This document shows, in pieces, positions 38,082 through 52,413 of a DNA stretch of 64,000 nt. Within the stretch, counting starts at the first letter, position 1. Each line of letters begins with the position of its first letter. The DNA is from Lytechinus pictus (taxonomy: Eukaryota), in NCBI RefSeq assembly GCF_037042905.1, contig NC_087245.1, forward strand, positions 12,154,001-12,218,000, written 5' to 3'. The position numbers were made by a program, and so were the translations under genes. A model generated the notes under the pieces. That model saw only the letters and a program-made list of their open reading frames with translations, was not told the DNA's origin and ran no database searches.

Positions 38082-38320
38082 TAATAACCCGCTTTTATAT
38101 AGTGCTTAATACATCGGAACGACGGCGCTTTACAGATATATTATTACCCCGGTCATCGTATTCAATCAGTCATTCCCGCACACAATGTTTGCACATCCTC
38201 TACTCCCTGGGAAGTATTCCAGTCAGTCGCCGGTGAAGCGCACAAAGTACTGGACAAGCTACAATGACTTTCACATCCTACCGGGTACCCATGCATTTAG
38301 CACCTGGGTCGAGAGTAGCC
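38082..38320 (-). mobile_element. SINE-like retroelement, 3' portion
   Basis: Homologous to 26796-26893 and extends into 'ccgggtaccca..cacctgggtcgagag'. Confidence 0.55.
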
Positions 38321-39839
38321 TCCGAGTAGCCTCTAGTCCAGATTGGACCTTGTTGTTTGGAAGTGCTTTTTCCCAAAGCTAACATAGAGGGCACATGTCT
38401 CCCAATCTCTAATCAGCGCCAATCCACTCATCTTCCCTCCCCAACTTTGGAAAGGGACAAATGTCATTTGAGTAGTATACATGCATATAGACATGAATCA
38501 TTCAGTTTTCCTCTATACTGGTTGATGGAGAGCGAAATAAGCACCTCCTCCATAATATTATGCCAATCTTAGATTATATGAACCCGTTTATTTTGTTAGG
38601 GGGGTCACATCATCATTAATTTGGTTTTCGTTGATATTTCTCCCCGAAAATCTTTATAGGCCCTATTTTGACCAATAAAAGAAATAACGAGTTGGGGTTA
38701 GAAAACCCATGACTACGCATGGGTGGAGCAGTATAGTTGAGCGCCACCACCCCCCCTGCCCCCTGGTTAATACCGAGCCGTATGAAGAACCATGGACCCA
38801 TGGAAGAACAAAATACACCTTTACCATGGGAACGCAGCACCAAGCACTCTCGAAAATGTGTGCACAGTATCACAGGGCCCCAGTGATTCTTTAATAGGGG
38901 GTGGTGACCAAAATTTGACAAGCAACAAAAAAGGGCAAAGGTTTTCAATACAAAACAAAGGTAAAAGATTCAGGAAAATTTGACAAGCAAAAAAAGGAGG
39001 GTTTTCATTTCAAAATAGATAGATAGATAGATAGATAAATGGTTTATTAATAAAATCAATACATCATCGCGGCTAAGGCCGAATTGCGATGTATTCACAA
39101 GGTAATAAATACACAAAAAATATTCAAACAATAATACAGATAATTACCAAATAAATAATACGGATAAAGAGTATGGTATTGAAAACTACTTGTGTTGTGA
39201 GAGAGAGATGGGAAGGAGGAGAGGCAGATAGAGAGAGAGGGGGGGGGGGGGGCTGGATAGGGATAGAGAGAGGGAGGGGGTGAAGGGTAGGAGTGGAGCA
39301 GAGGGTCAGAAGGAAAGAAGGTACAAACATTATGAAGGAGGTGAAAACATGAAGTTGTAAGGCTGCAAAATTTTACGTAAGAATAAACAAAGAAGAATTT
39401 GAAAGTAAAATATTATCCTTAACACATATTGGTATAGTGTCCAGATTATCATTTACCGGTTTATAGTTCTTGTACATTAAGAGAAAGCAGTAGTATTTAC
39501 AATTCAAGATTTCAAAGAAAGAGAGGAAGAGAGATGGATAAAAAAGAGAGGGAGAAATATGGATAGAGAAAGACAAACAACAGGAAGAAATGAGTTGCAA
39601 GGAAGGGAAAGGAATACAACATAGAGATCATACGAGTCCATCAATTAGTAAGTACATTGTCAAATTTAAGAGATTATGGATTTATATAAAATTGGGTGCT
39701 TTTGATTAACTTAAGTATTCCTGCACGATAATTTGAAGGGGGTTGCTGCCTATTAGTGAATAACACCCACAGCACACGCAGGCAAATCTTGGGGTGCTTC
39801 AGCACCATTTTTAAAAATTATTATTGATGGTTATTATTT

Positions 39840-41570
39840 TTATTATTTTATTTATTGATATATTCATATTCCACAAATCCTCAAAGTAAATTCAAAATAA
39901 ATAATTTTTGCAATGAAAAGATGCATCAACTGCACAACATATGCAGGGTTGAAACGTACCAATGAAATGAAAAAAGTGGAGGGGCCTACTGAAAAGCAAA
40001 GCTTGTAAGATATAGACCCCCTATCAAAATTTTATAAAAGGGTATCAAAAGGGTAATATGATATCAGTAGAGTAAAATAATCAGCAAAATTATATAAATT
40101 TATATAGATATAATTACTGTAACACGAATGTATATACACTATATACAAAATTATTTATTGACTTTAAAATAATCAACACTACCGTGGATAAGTATGAAGT
40201 TCAAAAAATATTTTATCGAATCAGTAAAAATTCAGAAGAAAATTTTTGATGAGTAATTTAAATCGGTTCAGATTAGCTGCCTCTTTTATTACTCTGTCCA
40301 GAGAATTCCAAAGTTTTGGTCCTGGGATAAATACAGTTTTGCTAGCAAATACTGTTCTACTTTTAGGTAAGTGATAGTTATTTAAATGTTAAATGAATGC
40401 AACGTATAGTTTCTCATAATTTTTTTTGTAGAACATTAGGTACACTATTTCTATCTACCTGATACATAAATTGGAATAGTTGTAAGCGGTAAACGTCACT
40501 GACGTTAAGGATACCTTTCTGACGAAACAATTCATCCATACGAACTCTAATAGACATATTGCATATTATTCTCAGTACTTTTTTTCTGAAGTAGCAAGAC
40601 TTTGTTGAGTCTCGATTGAGAGGCTTTTCTCCATGCCAGAATCCCATAATTAAGATATGGTAGAATTATTGCACAATACAACATGGATAGTGCCTGTGCT
40701 GGAAGAACGTTTTTAAGCTTACTCCAATATTTCTTGCCACAGTTTTGCAAATATGGTTGATATGAGCATTCCACGAATTTTGTTGTCAATAGTAAGAACT
40801 AAAATTTTGTTGTTTGCACTTCTTTGATTTCAGTATTATCTAAAAGTATTTAATGCGGCAGATGTTTCAATGGGACTAAAAATCATATAATTAGTTTTTA
40901 GCAGATTCAATGACAGTTTGTTGGCTTTAATCCAGTTTGTTATTTTTTTAAATTCTGCATTCACAGTGCTCACAAGTGAATGTGGATCACGATATGTGTA
41001 TAAATATTGGCATCATCAGCAAAGATAATAAATGATAGAACATTAGATGATTTTTTCATATTATTAACATAAAGTACAAATAGCAAAGGGCCAAAAATAC
41101 TACCTTGTAGAATTCCACAGGCAACTGGCCTTGTTGGAGATTCTGATTCATTTACGGTAACAAACTGAATTCTATCAGTAAGATAACTCCTAAACCATTG
41201 TAAAGCTGTACCTCTGATACCGTAATTTGATAACTCACATAATAGTAATCCATGATATATTGTATCAAACGATTTTGAGAAGTCGAGGAACAACCCTACG
41301 GTATGATCAGAATTGTCAAAAGAAGTAGATATTTTATTTATTAATGTCAATATTGCATGAGTTGTATTATGCTTTTCTCTAAATCCGAACTGATTATCAC
41401 ATATAATACTATATTTCTTAAGTAAAGCAACTGCCCTTTTATAAATTATCCTTTCAAGTATTTTTGAGAACGAAGTTAACAAAGATATTGGGCGGTAATT
41501 ACTAGTAATTAATTGATCTCCCTTTTTGAAAATGGGTATAAATTTAGCTATTTTCATCTTCTTTGGGACC
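39840..41570 (-). mobile_element. 5'-truncated, degraded L2/Crack-like LINE
   Basis: ORFs 40970-41557, 40547-40789 and 40414-40647: NYRPISLL, NQFGFR, FLDFSKSFDT, GILQGSIFGP, FADD, LPYLNYGILAW. Confidence 0.9.
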
Positions 41571-44500
41571 TGGCGAAAGAAGATGAAAATAGCTAAAGTT
41601 ATGGTGGATCATGTTGGTTACAGGTACATGTTGAAAATTTAAGAAAAAAATGCCTCAGAATATTGTGTGATCTCAGGATTGTTTATTATCAGTTTTTACC
41701 AAAGATAAGTTCTACCTCCGCAAAGTGACAACTAATCTACCCACCTTATTAATACCATCTATCACCGTGTGACCCTCTCTTTACCCAGTTTATTTCACCC
41801 ATGTTCAGTCGCTTTTTTCTCTATTTACTTTGAATATTTATCCCCTTTTTCCCTGTTACATATCCCGCGCCACTCATCTTTAGGTCGCCAAAATTGTGTC
41901 AGTTCCCTTTCATTGCTGCTGGAATAGGGATTTGGACTTCTACTGTGCCTTTCTTCGGCTTATCATCAATAAGATTTTGACTAAATACATAAGAAAAGAG
42001 CTATGTACAAAAGACATTTATTTGATTGTTTGTCAATGATGTCTAAATTATTATTGCCATGATATTGACTGTACATCCGTCTTTAGACTGTATGACAGAG
42101 AAAAGGAGGGGTACTCTGTATCGGAAAAGGTACCAGTGATTTACTTGTCAACAATTTGAAGAAAATTGTAAAGCAACCATGATGATCACAAGGTAAGAAA
42201 ATACTTCTTGAATATGAGAGATTTGATTGATTATTTCCTAATTTCATGTATTGGATTTTTACTTTTGCAGTGGGGGTTAACAGGTACACAATGTTATACC
42301 CGATCGTTAAATGAAAGTCCACTCAATGTCAAGTTGGTTTTATTAGTAAATATGAGATGAAAATCAAGAATTAGAGAAAATCGTCAAAAGAATAATAGAG
42401 CTATAATTTGTTATGTTTTCTAATTTTGTGATTTCGCATGTATCTCCTCCGTACCCCCTTTTATTGATGATGGTTTAATGGGGTTTACAGTCTGCAGTGT
42501 TGTGAACTCAGAAAGTATATAAATGCCTCAAAAAAGTTTTGAGGACTAAACCATATAACGATTCAAATACTTAAGAACGATATATGACTAAATCGATACT
42601 ATATTTAAGAAAAAACATTGTAAACTAAAGGATAAACTTAGAACAAATTAATGAAGAAAGCTAACCATTAAAGTACATTATTTTTCATTAAGTTTTTTTT
42701 TTATAAAACAGGTTCATGCAATAAATATGTATAATATCAAAGGAAAATTCCCAATAATTTCTTCAAAGGCTGCTATAGTCCTATGGTGAATTTTCTTCAA
42801 TTTTTAATTACCCTTTTCCCCTTGTATTGATTAGTGATATAAAATCGATAAATACGGTGGCACAATAAGCCAAAAATGTTGAGGGGGCAAACATGGCGCA
42901 CTAAAAATTTTTTTATCTGAATTAGTAGTTAACACTTAATGTATACAAGTATAATTTATTATTTGTAATTATTTTTCGATTTTTTTTTTCAGTAGATTTA
43001 ACTTGTCTTTTAGTCTACTTGATTTATTTGGGTTCAATATGCATGTACGAAAATTCACGTATTGCTAGCTTGCTTTGATTAAGTAAATCTAATTCCAATT
43101 AGGCAAAGATAATAATTACCTATAAAATCATGTTAAATGTGCTAATATTTGTTCAATTAACACCTTATTTAGATAATGCCTGAACAATTCATTAAGAGCA
43201 AGTAAATGTTAAAATTGTTAAATAACTGTCATATCTATTTGTATTTGAAATTGTTTTGGATTAGGGTGTGCAAAATATCTATTCTTTTGTTGAATCAAAG
43301 AAAGAGCAACATTAAATAGTCACTCATCAGACAATTTCAGATTTTTCTTTTAGGTTTTCGGAAAATGTTAACATTATTCCACTGTTTTATTTGTTAGGAT
43401 GAACCGGTCGCGTATAAATATAAATGTCATATCATGTACAGGTAAGTGACAGTGCACAAAGTCTAAGACTTACATGGATAAAAGATGTCTAAGGTGAAAA
43501 TGATGCCACTGAAAGTGGGACGATGGGGGAGCGGAATTTCGAACCACGGAAGTTCAGTGCCCCCCCAAAAAAAAAAAAAAAATTTTCACTTAATTGAATT
43601 AAGTTTTTGTAACTTAATTTACTCGAGTAAAATGGATGCAAAGAAAATAAGTAAATCTTACTTAAAAGTGCCAAACTTATAAATACTTTTAAAATTAAGG
43701 CAATTTTTTGCCTCAATTTTGTTAAGTAATTTCAAACAATCTTTTTTTTTACAGTGCGTATCGAGCAAAAATTTCGACCTTTTTTCATTACAAAATCAAA
43801 TTTTGTGATAGATTATGACATAACATTCAGAAAACAATATATTTCACCCTTCTCTCTTTTTTGAGGGGGGGGGGGCAAGCGCCATCAAGTCCCCCCCCCC
43901 CCATCTGTTCGCCAATGGATAAATAAAGATCTTAGCTAAAGATAACATTTCTATCTCAAAAATACTTATTTTATGTCTGTCATAATTATCACTGTATAAT
44001 TATTTGATAGATTAAAACTAAGTATTGGATTCCTCAATGAATAAGACACTGTATTATAAATTAATATTTCAGTTGTAACCTTCCATGCAAAGTCTGGAAA
44101 AATAATAAGTAGAGTTAACAAAATAGAACACTTTTAGCAGTATGCTTACTGCTGATTAAATGAGTGAACATTCAAGTATAGTTTATTTGATATAAGTCCT
44201 CCAAAACTACAAGACAGTTCATGCCCGTGAGGAATGAGGCAGAGAGCAAACCACCGAATTTACACAAAAGGCTACGGAGGATTGAGTTTACATGGACAAT
44301 TTTTATGCACTTTACGTTCATTTTGTAATTTACAAAATGCAAAATAGGGTTTTCAAATCTAGAGGGATCTGCCTCCCTACCCCCTTGCTGAAATAACAAC
44401 ACGTACCTAAATGACGAAGAAAGAGTCTCCCCTTGTGGCTTCTTCCTTTTCCAATAATTTGATATAAAATGTGGTTTCTTTATGTAACGAAATATCCTAA

Positions 44501-44735
44501 CTTATATAATTGTATCCTATATCTTTACAATGAAAGACCTTAAATCTAAGACGGAGGTGTATATCTTTCGCGGTCCAGGGTCTCATAAACCCACGCACAC
44601 GCCGTTCACCTTTCCCTGCAATTTGGGGGTAGTTTGGAAAAGAACCCTGTCACAGTTTCAGGCGCGGGTAACTGGCGTCGGACTTGCGGAAAACGCTTTC
44701 ATTTGCATTGTCTGCAGTTTCTTATGTTGTGACTG

Positions 44736-44782
<47 letters not shown>

Positions 44783-47700
44783 TAACAACCCCCCTCCCCA
44801 TTGGAAATGGAGGCTAAATTTCAGAATAGATCGGGTTGCCACTTTCTTCATTTTCCTCACGTTTTTATTAATAGTGGTACGATATATGATTTACACATCC
44901 AAAGTAAAGCGTCAATTACCTGATTTCGACATAATTAAATTTTCGCTTCAGAACTATTCCAGGAATGAAAAATATATGGCATATGATAGCCAAATTGTAA
45001 AGTGACCAAGTTAACAAGGAAATTGTATCAATTGCGATCTTTGTTTACATGAAGTGATATGTTTTGTTATTTTTCCCTGTGCGATTGTACTGGTTATTAA
45101 TTACTATGTGAACGGACAGTTCGGTATATTCGTTTTATTATTGTTGTATTATATTTCACTGCCATAAATTTGATTTGTCATGGAATAGGTGTGTTGTTGT
45201 GTTGAACAATTAATAAAATCCCTACGAAGGGGAAAGATTTTTTTTTAATCCTTACGTTTATTGGTCAGTTCTCAAAGTAACCTTGATAATTTGCGATAAA
45301 AAAAAACATTGTTTCAACTCTAGGTAATATCGTTTGTACTCATCGGGATTCCATTTGATATTTTTTTTTAAATAATATAATTTACATGAATCAGGGTCTT
45401 AATCCTATATCTTATTAACAATTCCAGTGGAATGGAAATGTGGCACATTAAGAAAAATGTACAAACACTTTACTGATGCAAACCTGAAATAAAGCTAACT
45501 TTATCTTATCCAGGTTTCTTTTTGTTGATTGTTGTATTTTGTACGTCAATTTGGGTTCTCTTGGGAGGCAATTCAAGAAATAGGTCTTAGCAAGGGATCC
45601 ATAAACAGGATATGTATCTCACACAAAATATTGATACGAGCGCGAAGCTCGCCATCTTTTTTAAATAGTCAAGTTAATATTCAAGTTATTTAGAATTCAT
45701 AGCATACGTACATTATATATCTGATATTAAATCTTACTAAAACCTGAGCCTGAACCTAATGAAATTTTCAGGGAATGTAATTACAACGAACATCAGATTA
45801 ATTCATGCAGCTTAACATTCCTACATAGGCAAACATGTATGTTGCAAATAATTAATGGGGAAACAGGAATCGTACCTTCAAATTTCGTAAAATAAACGTA
45901 CGATAACAATTTCAATAAGAAAAAAAAATGCAATACGATAACTTTTGAAACATTATGACAAACTTCCGCAAACTTCCAGCAAACAAATATGAATAAAAAA
46001 AAACGTGTACAACATTTACTGATTTGTTACAGGGCCAAAGGTAACGACAAATATTATCATTACAGAAGCAAATTTCCCTTGTAAAGAACAAGATCATGAA
46101 GATGGAAGTATGTGCCCATGCAGGAATCTTTTTGCATTCAACCTGCAAGAAATATCTAGTGAAGCATACATGCCTTTATCTTTCTGAATAAAAGATTATT
46201 TAAAAGGGAATGGATTTTGTGTTACTTCATCCGTTAAATTGAGAGTTTGAACGGTGACGTCAAGATCTAAACCGAAATAGATAGAGCTATTCCCAAATAA
46301 AGATGTGGTTGAAATTTAGGTGCCCAATTAATGAGATAATTTAGAGTAAATATTGGCAAACATATAGAGCTAAAACTAGTTTGCTATATTAATTGGCGAA
46401 AAAAACTCTTTGGAGTTGGCAACCTAGGTACATTAGCGCCAAATCTCTGATGTATGTGTGTGCTAGTATCTGAAGTAAAATGAACGACACAACGCCAACA
46501 TTCTTGGTCAAATTTGCTCAAACAAAATCAATAATAAAGATAGTACTGTGTACTCAATTACTTTTCAGTTGACAAAGCAGTTAATGTCCAAAGCGCCATT
46601 ACTGATCAAATCCGTTAAGAAATTATCAGTACAGTATGTAGGCCTATTATACTTACTTGAACGTTTTTGCGACAATGATACCTATATCTGGTTAGTGCGC
46701 AATCAAATCGAAAATGAGACTCATCGTTGGCATTGTTCACTCGCAGCAAATCAAGGAAGGTACTTAGAAAGCAGACAGAATTGGGGATCTATGCCAAGTC
46801 TTCAAACTGATGATGAATGTCGACAAATTTTTATCACCAGGGAACAGGTTGGTTGAGGTCACCGATAAAGGACCCTCTGATACCATATCGCGTTTCCATT
46901 CTCTCTCTCTCTCTCTCTCTGTTTCTGACCTCGTTTCGTGGTTGTCCGATAATATTTGACAATATTACATAATAACAATATAAGAAAGTGCACCTCTTAT
47001 CTTAACTTTTAACACTGTTTAATGTATTTGCTAAGGTATCGTACTTTTTGTAATACAATCCGGTTTAGAAAATATCATGAATTATAGATATGTACTTTTG
47101 CAGATTTTTTTTCAATATGCAGCTGAAGAATGGGTGATTTAGAGACAAATACATCCTAAACCACTTATTGTGTTTTAGGCTATTTTCTATAAATGCAACA
47201 TTATTATTTTATATTGCTTCCTAGAATCTATTAATCATGTTTAAATGTAATATATCATTTGCAAAAGTGATTCTTAATTTTAATGGAAAAAACATGAATA
47301 CAGAAAGTCGAAATAATAAAGATATCTTGAAAAATTTTTAAAACATAAACAAGGAAAATGATTTAATGTAGCCTATTTTGGGTAATGATCTAGACCAATA
47401 ATTAGCATATCTAAAATCTAAAGCTTCATTGTTTTGCTCCCTCAAAAATTAATATCTTGTATATGTTTTAGGAAAATAATAAAATTTGTAGAAAACATCT
47501 CCGCCAAAATTCATACCGATTTTCGTCGGGACCTGGTTCATAGCTGAAATCTCAGGGGGGCTGATGAGTTTGGGTCAAACTTTTCTCAAATGACCAAGAA
47601 GTAATCGCGTGTTTTCCACACTAAGTGCATGTTTCAAGCGCGGTTCCATGCAGGTGCACGGACATGATTACCCCCTTGTCCCCTCCCTGTTTTTTATTTG

Positions 47701-48444
47701 TTTGTTTCTTTTGCTTCCAAATTCCCAAATACCGACCCCCACCCTAGCTCCATCGTTGTATCCTGAATTCACATACTTAGCCAGATTGGGGCTATACCAT
47801 ATAAACCATATTTTAGTTCATACAGTAATTCCTGTAATTCGAATATCCGGAATGTTAATCGGATACTGATAAGAAAAACATTAGGCCTGTTAAGATGTTT
47901 ATCTTTAACTTGTTATGAGCTAAACAGAGCAATAAAACCAAACATTAATCACAGTCAAAGTGATTTGGCAAGATTGTAACACATGAATATAATGAACGCG
48001 CTATAAAAAAATCCTATTGTGCAAAGATGAAGCATTGGAAACTGTCAAGCGTTGGAGTTTACGGAGACTTGATTAGTGACCAATAAACCCTTATAATCAT
48101 GAACTAGCGCAGGTTTGGGGGTAATCTTGATTAATTGTCGCACCCATACCGAGGATAATACCCCTTTATTCTGTTTTCATTCTCGATAAAAATGAAAAGG
48201 ACATAGAAACAGAGCATTGTCACATCCTACAAAACATTCTCATTAAAATGGGAGGGGTAAAAAAGAGCATATAGCAATTTATTATGTTTTTGTCTAGCAA
48301 TTTAGAACAGAGCAACATGAATTAAATAATGTAATATTGAAAGTTCTTTTATCAAGCACATTTACTAGAACAAACATTTGTTTAATTCCATTTGCACAAA
48401 ATATAATCAAACACATTAATTACACATAATCATTTGTGAACAAA

Positions 48445-48486
<42 letters not shown>

Positions 48487-49729
48487 TTGTGTGTGTTACA
48501 CAGTTTATGACATGTAATGAAGAAAGTTTTGACTGTATGGTACATAATTTGAGATAGTCGGCAGTATCCCTTTATATCGAAATTACAGCCAAATTTGGTT
48601 GATTCAGAACAAAACCGCGTCTCCAAAAATGTCCTTGTGAGATAGGGCTCCTTTAATTCCAAAATGTGGTAGTATTCTTAATCAAATATACAGGAGTAGA
48701 AAGCTTATTTCATAATCTAACTTCTATGAAAATTTCATTGGTCTCACTTCAGCGGTTTTGAATAACACCCTGTTACGTAAGAGTGGTGCATTTCAGGCCA
48801 TTCCAAGTTTGCAACACTACATACTGTATTTCTGCATTGTCTTTAGCATGTTAACCCCCATCTTACCATCCATGGTCTGAGCAGGGACATTTTCCTGATC
48901 ATATCCAGGCTCATCAAATCATAAACATAAGCATGTGCACTTGTGCAGTAGGTTAAAGAACCAATACAAATGAATTTTTTTGGCGATCGATAGGTAAGTG
49001 CACCGACTTGAAAGAAAATGTGAATGATGGAAAAGTGTATCACACTTTGCGAAAGCGAACGTTACTTGTGAAAAAACAATATTTCCTTTCATTCAAATAG
49101 ATACAGTGAATTAATTTGAGCTCATTAACTTATTAAGAGGAATGAAAAAAAGAATGCAATATTGTTAGAATTAGTCATGAAACAGACATGACCTGTTGTA
49201 TCTGTCATTGTGCACCTCCTATTATCAAATTTGAAATGAATTGTCAGGTACTGTTGTTGTCATCCTGCTCAAGGCTGTGATTTAATGAGCCTGGTTAGAT
49301 CATGGAGATTTCCTGTCAGCTCAGGGAATTCCCTGATCATATTCTGAATGATCAAAGGGAGTCGAAATAGTGCAGAACATACAGCAGTGGCAGCAGTGCT
49401 GCATGTATGTAATCTTGAAATGGGCTGAAAAGCCGGGAAAACATTGCTATGTATAAATATTCAAAATTCAATTTTTGAATTTTATTCAGCCGGATATCAG
49501 AGCGATATTTTTTGGAGGTTAGGTTTTATATGATTTGCTTAACGTGCATATTTTCAATCGGAGTAATTGTCGCTGGAGCAAATGTCATGGAACCTTTCTA
49601 TTACCATTAAGTGATAAATATATTAGTTGAATCTGCCCTCTATAGCTCAATGTGTTAGAAACCAAGAGGGCATCCCGTGTTCCATTAGACCCGTAAGAGT
49701 TGTTATAAAAATATTATCAGAAGAAATAA

Positions 49730-50714
49730 GGTCGCATTTCATAAGGTGGGTATGCAAAAAGGGTTGCGGATGAACAATTTTGCACACGGTGCCAAGCATG
49801 GGTAAACTGTTGCTACATCACTGCATCTTGACCAAATTTATTGAGTAAGATCTCATTTGGAAGCTAGAGCTATAGGCTAAATATATTACTATAAATTATA
49901 TCAATACAATATCAGGAACAAACACTATAGCACATTAAGTTTGAAGTAACAGGGGTGGCGGGGCTGGTGGATGCGGAGCCGGTGGATGCGGTGACTGATA
50001 GAATGTTAATGAAACTTAATTAACAACTTAATATAATATGTAATATGACTATAAGCTTCATATTTCTAGGCAGTTTTAAAGCAGGGAACAACTTAATGTT
50101 ATAAAATTTGACAATTTTGAAAATATGCAGGAATGATAAACATGCGTATGTCAGCTCGGATCTGCAACCTAATCAATTAGTAAACTGGAGAAATTTGGTT
50201 AATTATCTAATTTGTAATCTTAATTTTTAGTACAAAAGTTGTGTCATCATAACAATCATTTCTACCCATGATGTAGTCATTTTGCCAAGCATACAAACAC
50301 TGACAGGCATTTTGGGGGGAAAATGTGAAATTAAATATTGTTAATTAATTAGTGTTATAATTAATATGCATATAATAACAGATAATTATTTGATTTTTGT
50401 TACAGATTTAATTATTGATGTTACAAGATTAAAAGTGCAACATACTGGGGTGATCCAATGTTGCATTAACTTTTGACACCATTTTATGCGCTGCAGGTCC
50501 ACTTTGAGAAAAACACATTTCAAAATTCACATTTATATTGACGTATAGGTAATAATTAGCTGTTGATTACCCATTTTAAGGAAAATAAATGTTTTTGAGA
50601 CTTCAAACTTTTTCATTATTCACAGAATGGTAATACCTATAACATATCAAAAAATATTTTTTCAATACATTTTTACCCTGTTCGCGAAATTGGACCACCT
50701 TATGACATGCGACC
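49730..50714. mobile_element. 985-bp non-autonomous TIR element, GGT..ACC ends, 4-bp TSD (Kolobok-like)
   Basis: ataa|ggtcgcatttcataaggtgg ... ccaccttatgacatgcgacc|ataa (19/20 TIR match). Confidence 0.85.
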
Positions 50715-50772
50715 ATAAGCGTCACGTTGTTCAGCATGCATGTTCACGTTGAGAACTGTAGCACCCATTTAA

Positions 50773-51377
50773 AGGTCAAGTCCACCCCAGAAAAATGTTG
50801 ATTTGAATAAATAAAGAAAAATAAAACTAGCGTAATGCTGAAAATTTCATCTAAATCGGATGTAAAATATGAAAGTTATGACAATTTAAAGTTTCAATTA
50901 TTTTTCACAAAACAGTTATATGCACAACTCAGTGACATGCAAATGAGACACTCGATTATGTCCCTCACTCACTATTTCTATTGTTTTTTATTGATTGAAT
51001 TATACAATATTTCATTTTTTTACAAATTTGACAAAAAGGACCAACTTGACTGAACCATTTATTATCAAACATTGCTGATTCCACATGTTTAAGGAGGAAT
51101 TAATTTTTTTACTTGACAATGAGGACAAAATTAGAATATTTCATATTTTATATTTCATAAAATAAAATATGAAAGAAATAGTGAGTGGATGGCATCATCA
51201 GACTCCTCATTTGCATACCGACCAGAATGTGCATATAACTGTTTTGTGAAATTAAGCGAAACTTTAAAATGTCATAACTTTGTTATTTTTTATCCGATTT
51301 TTATGAAATTTTCAGTGTTATGCTTGGACGTTTCTATATTTGTTCAAATCAACTCTTTGTTGGGGTGGACTTGTCCT
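50773..51377. mobile_element. Kolobok/T2-like MITE (family of 17820-18412)
   Basis: ttaa|aggtcaagtccacccc ... ggggtggacttgtcct. Confidence 0.9.
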
Positions 51378-51421
51378 TAAAGAACGATATCTGAATGAGC
51401 GACTATTTGTGCCAAAGTTAA

Positions 51422-52016
51422 AGATCGAGTACACCCTAGAAAACCGTTTATTTGAATAAATAGAGAGAATCAGACAAGCATGACGATGAAAATTTCATGA
51501 AAATCGGATGTGAAATAAGAAATTTATGACATTTGGAAGTTTTGTGCTTATTTTTACAAAATAATAATATGCTCAACTCAGTAACGTGCAAATGAGAGAG
51601 TCGATGATGTCCCTCACTTACCCTTTCTTTTGTTTTTTTATTGTTTGAATTATCCAAAGTTTCAATTTTTACAGATTTTTCAATAAAGACCAACTTGACT
51701 GAACCATAACATTTCAAAATGGTAAAGTCACATGTTCAGAGAGCAAAAAGACTTCGTTTCACATGACAATGAGAAAATTTAGATATTTCATATTTCAATT
51801 AATAAAATACAAAAGAAACAGTGAGTGGGTGACGTCATCAGTTCCCTCATTTGCATACCGCTCAGGATGTGCATATAACTATTTGGTGAAATTAAGCGAA
51901 ACTTAAAGCTGTCATAACTTTCTTATTTCACACCCGATTTTGATGAAATTTTCAGTGTTATGCTTGCTTGGTAGATTTTCCTTCTTTTATTCAAATAAAC
52001 TATATGTTGGAGTGGC
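51422..52016. mobile_element. Older, diverged copy of the same MITE family, adjacent to the previous copy
   Basis: Colinear similarity to 50773-51377 (gcaaatgaga..cgatgatgtccctcact, gaccaacttgactgaacc, ctcatttgcataccg) with eroded ends. Confidence 0.8.
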
Positions 52017-52099
52017 TTTAAGGACAATCGACTAAAAAACAATCGCACAAAGACAAAGTGTCTATATAAGACTAATCAATCAACTTTGATATAGGTGTC

Positions 52100-52131
<32 letters not shown>

Positions 52132-52134
<3 letters not shown>

Positions 52135-52413
52135 TGTTAAAAAACCCTGATTTTACAGAAAAAAACAGAAGATTTTGCAGAAAGCAATAACAGAATCATT
52201 CTGTAAATTCATAAAACAGGATCTTTTCTGCAATTTAACAGAACAGGTCTGTTTAAAAAGGGGAAAAGGCTGTTTTATTTAAGGAAATTTGGAAGATTCC
52301 ATACACCAAATACCAATTTCCTGTAAGATTACGCAATCTGGTAAGATTACAGGTGTTCTCGAGACTCTGCTGCAGGAACTTCTTTTATTTTAAGGATACA
52401 TTTTTAAACAGTG
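52132..52413. mobile_element. CACTG-terminal (EnSpm-like) MITE inserted in a (TA)n microsatellite
   Basis: (ta)n|cactgttaaaaa ... tttttaaacagtg|(ta)n. Confidence 0.8.

Noticed and set aside
44408..44780. Minus-strand non-coding first exon beside a (GA)n tract
   Set aside because: Only a donor-like AG|GTACGT and local CpG enrichment support it; too weak without transcript data.
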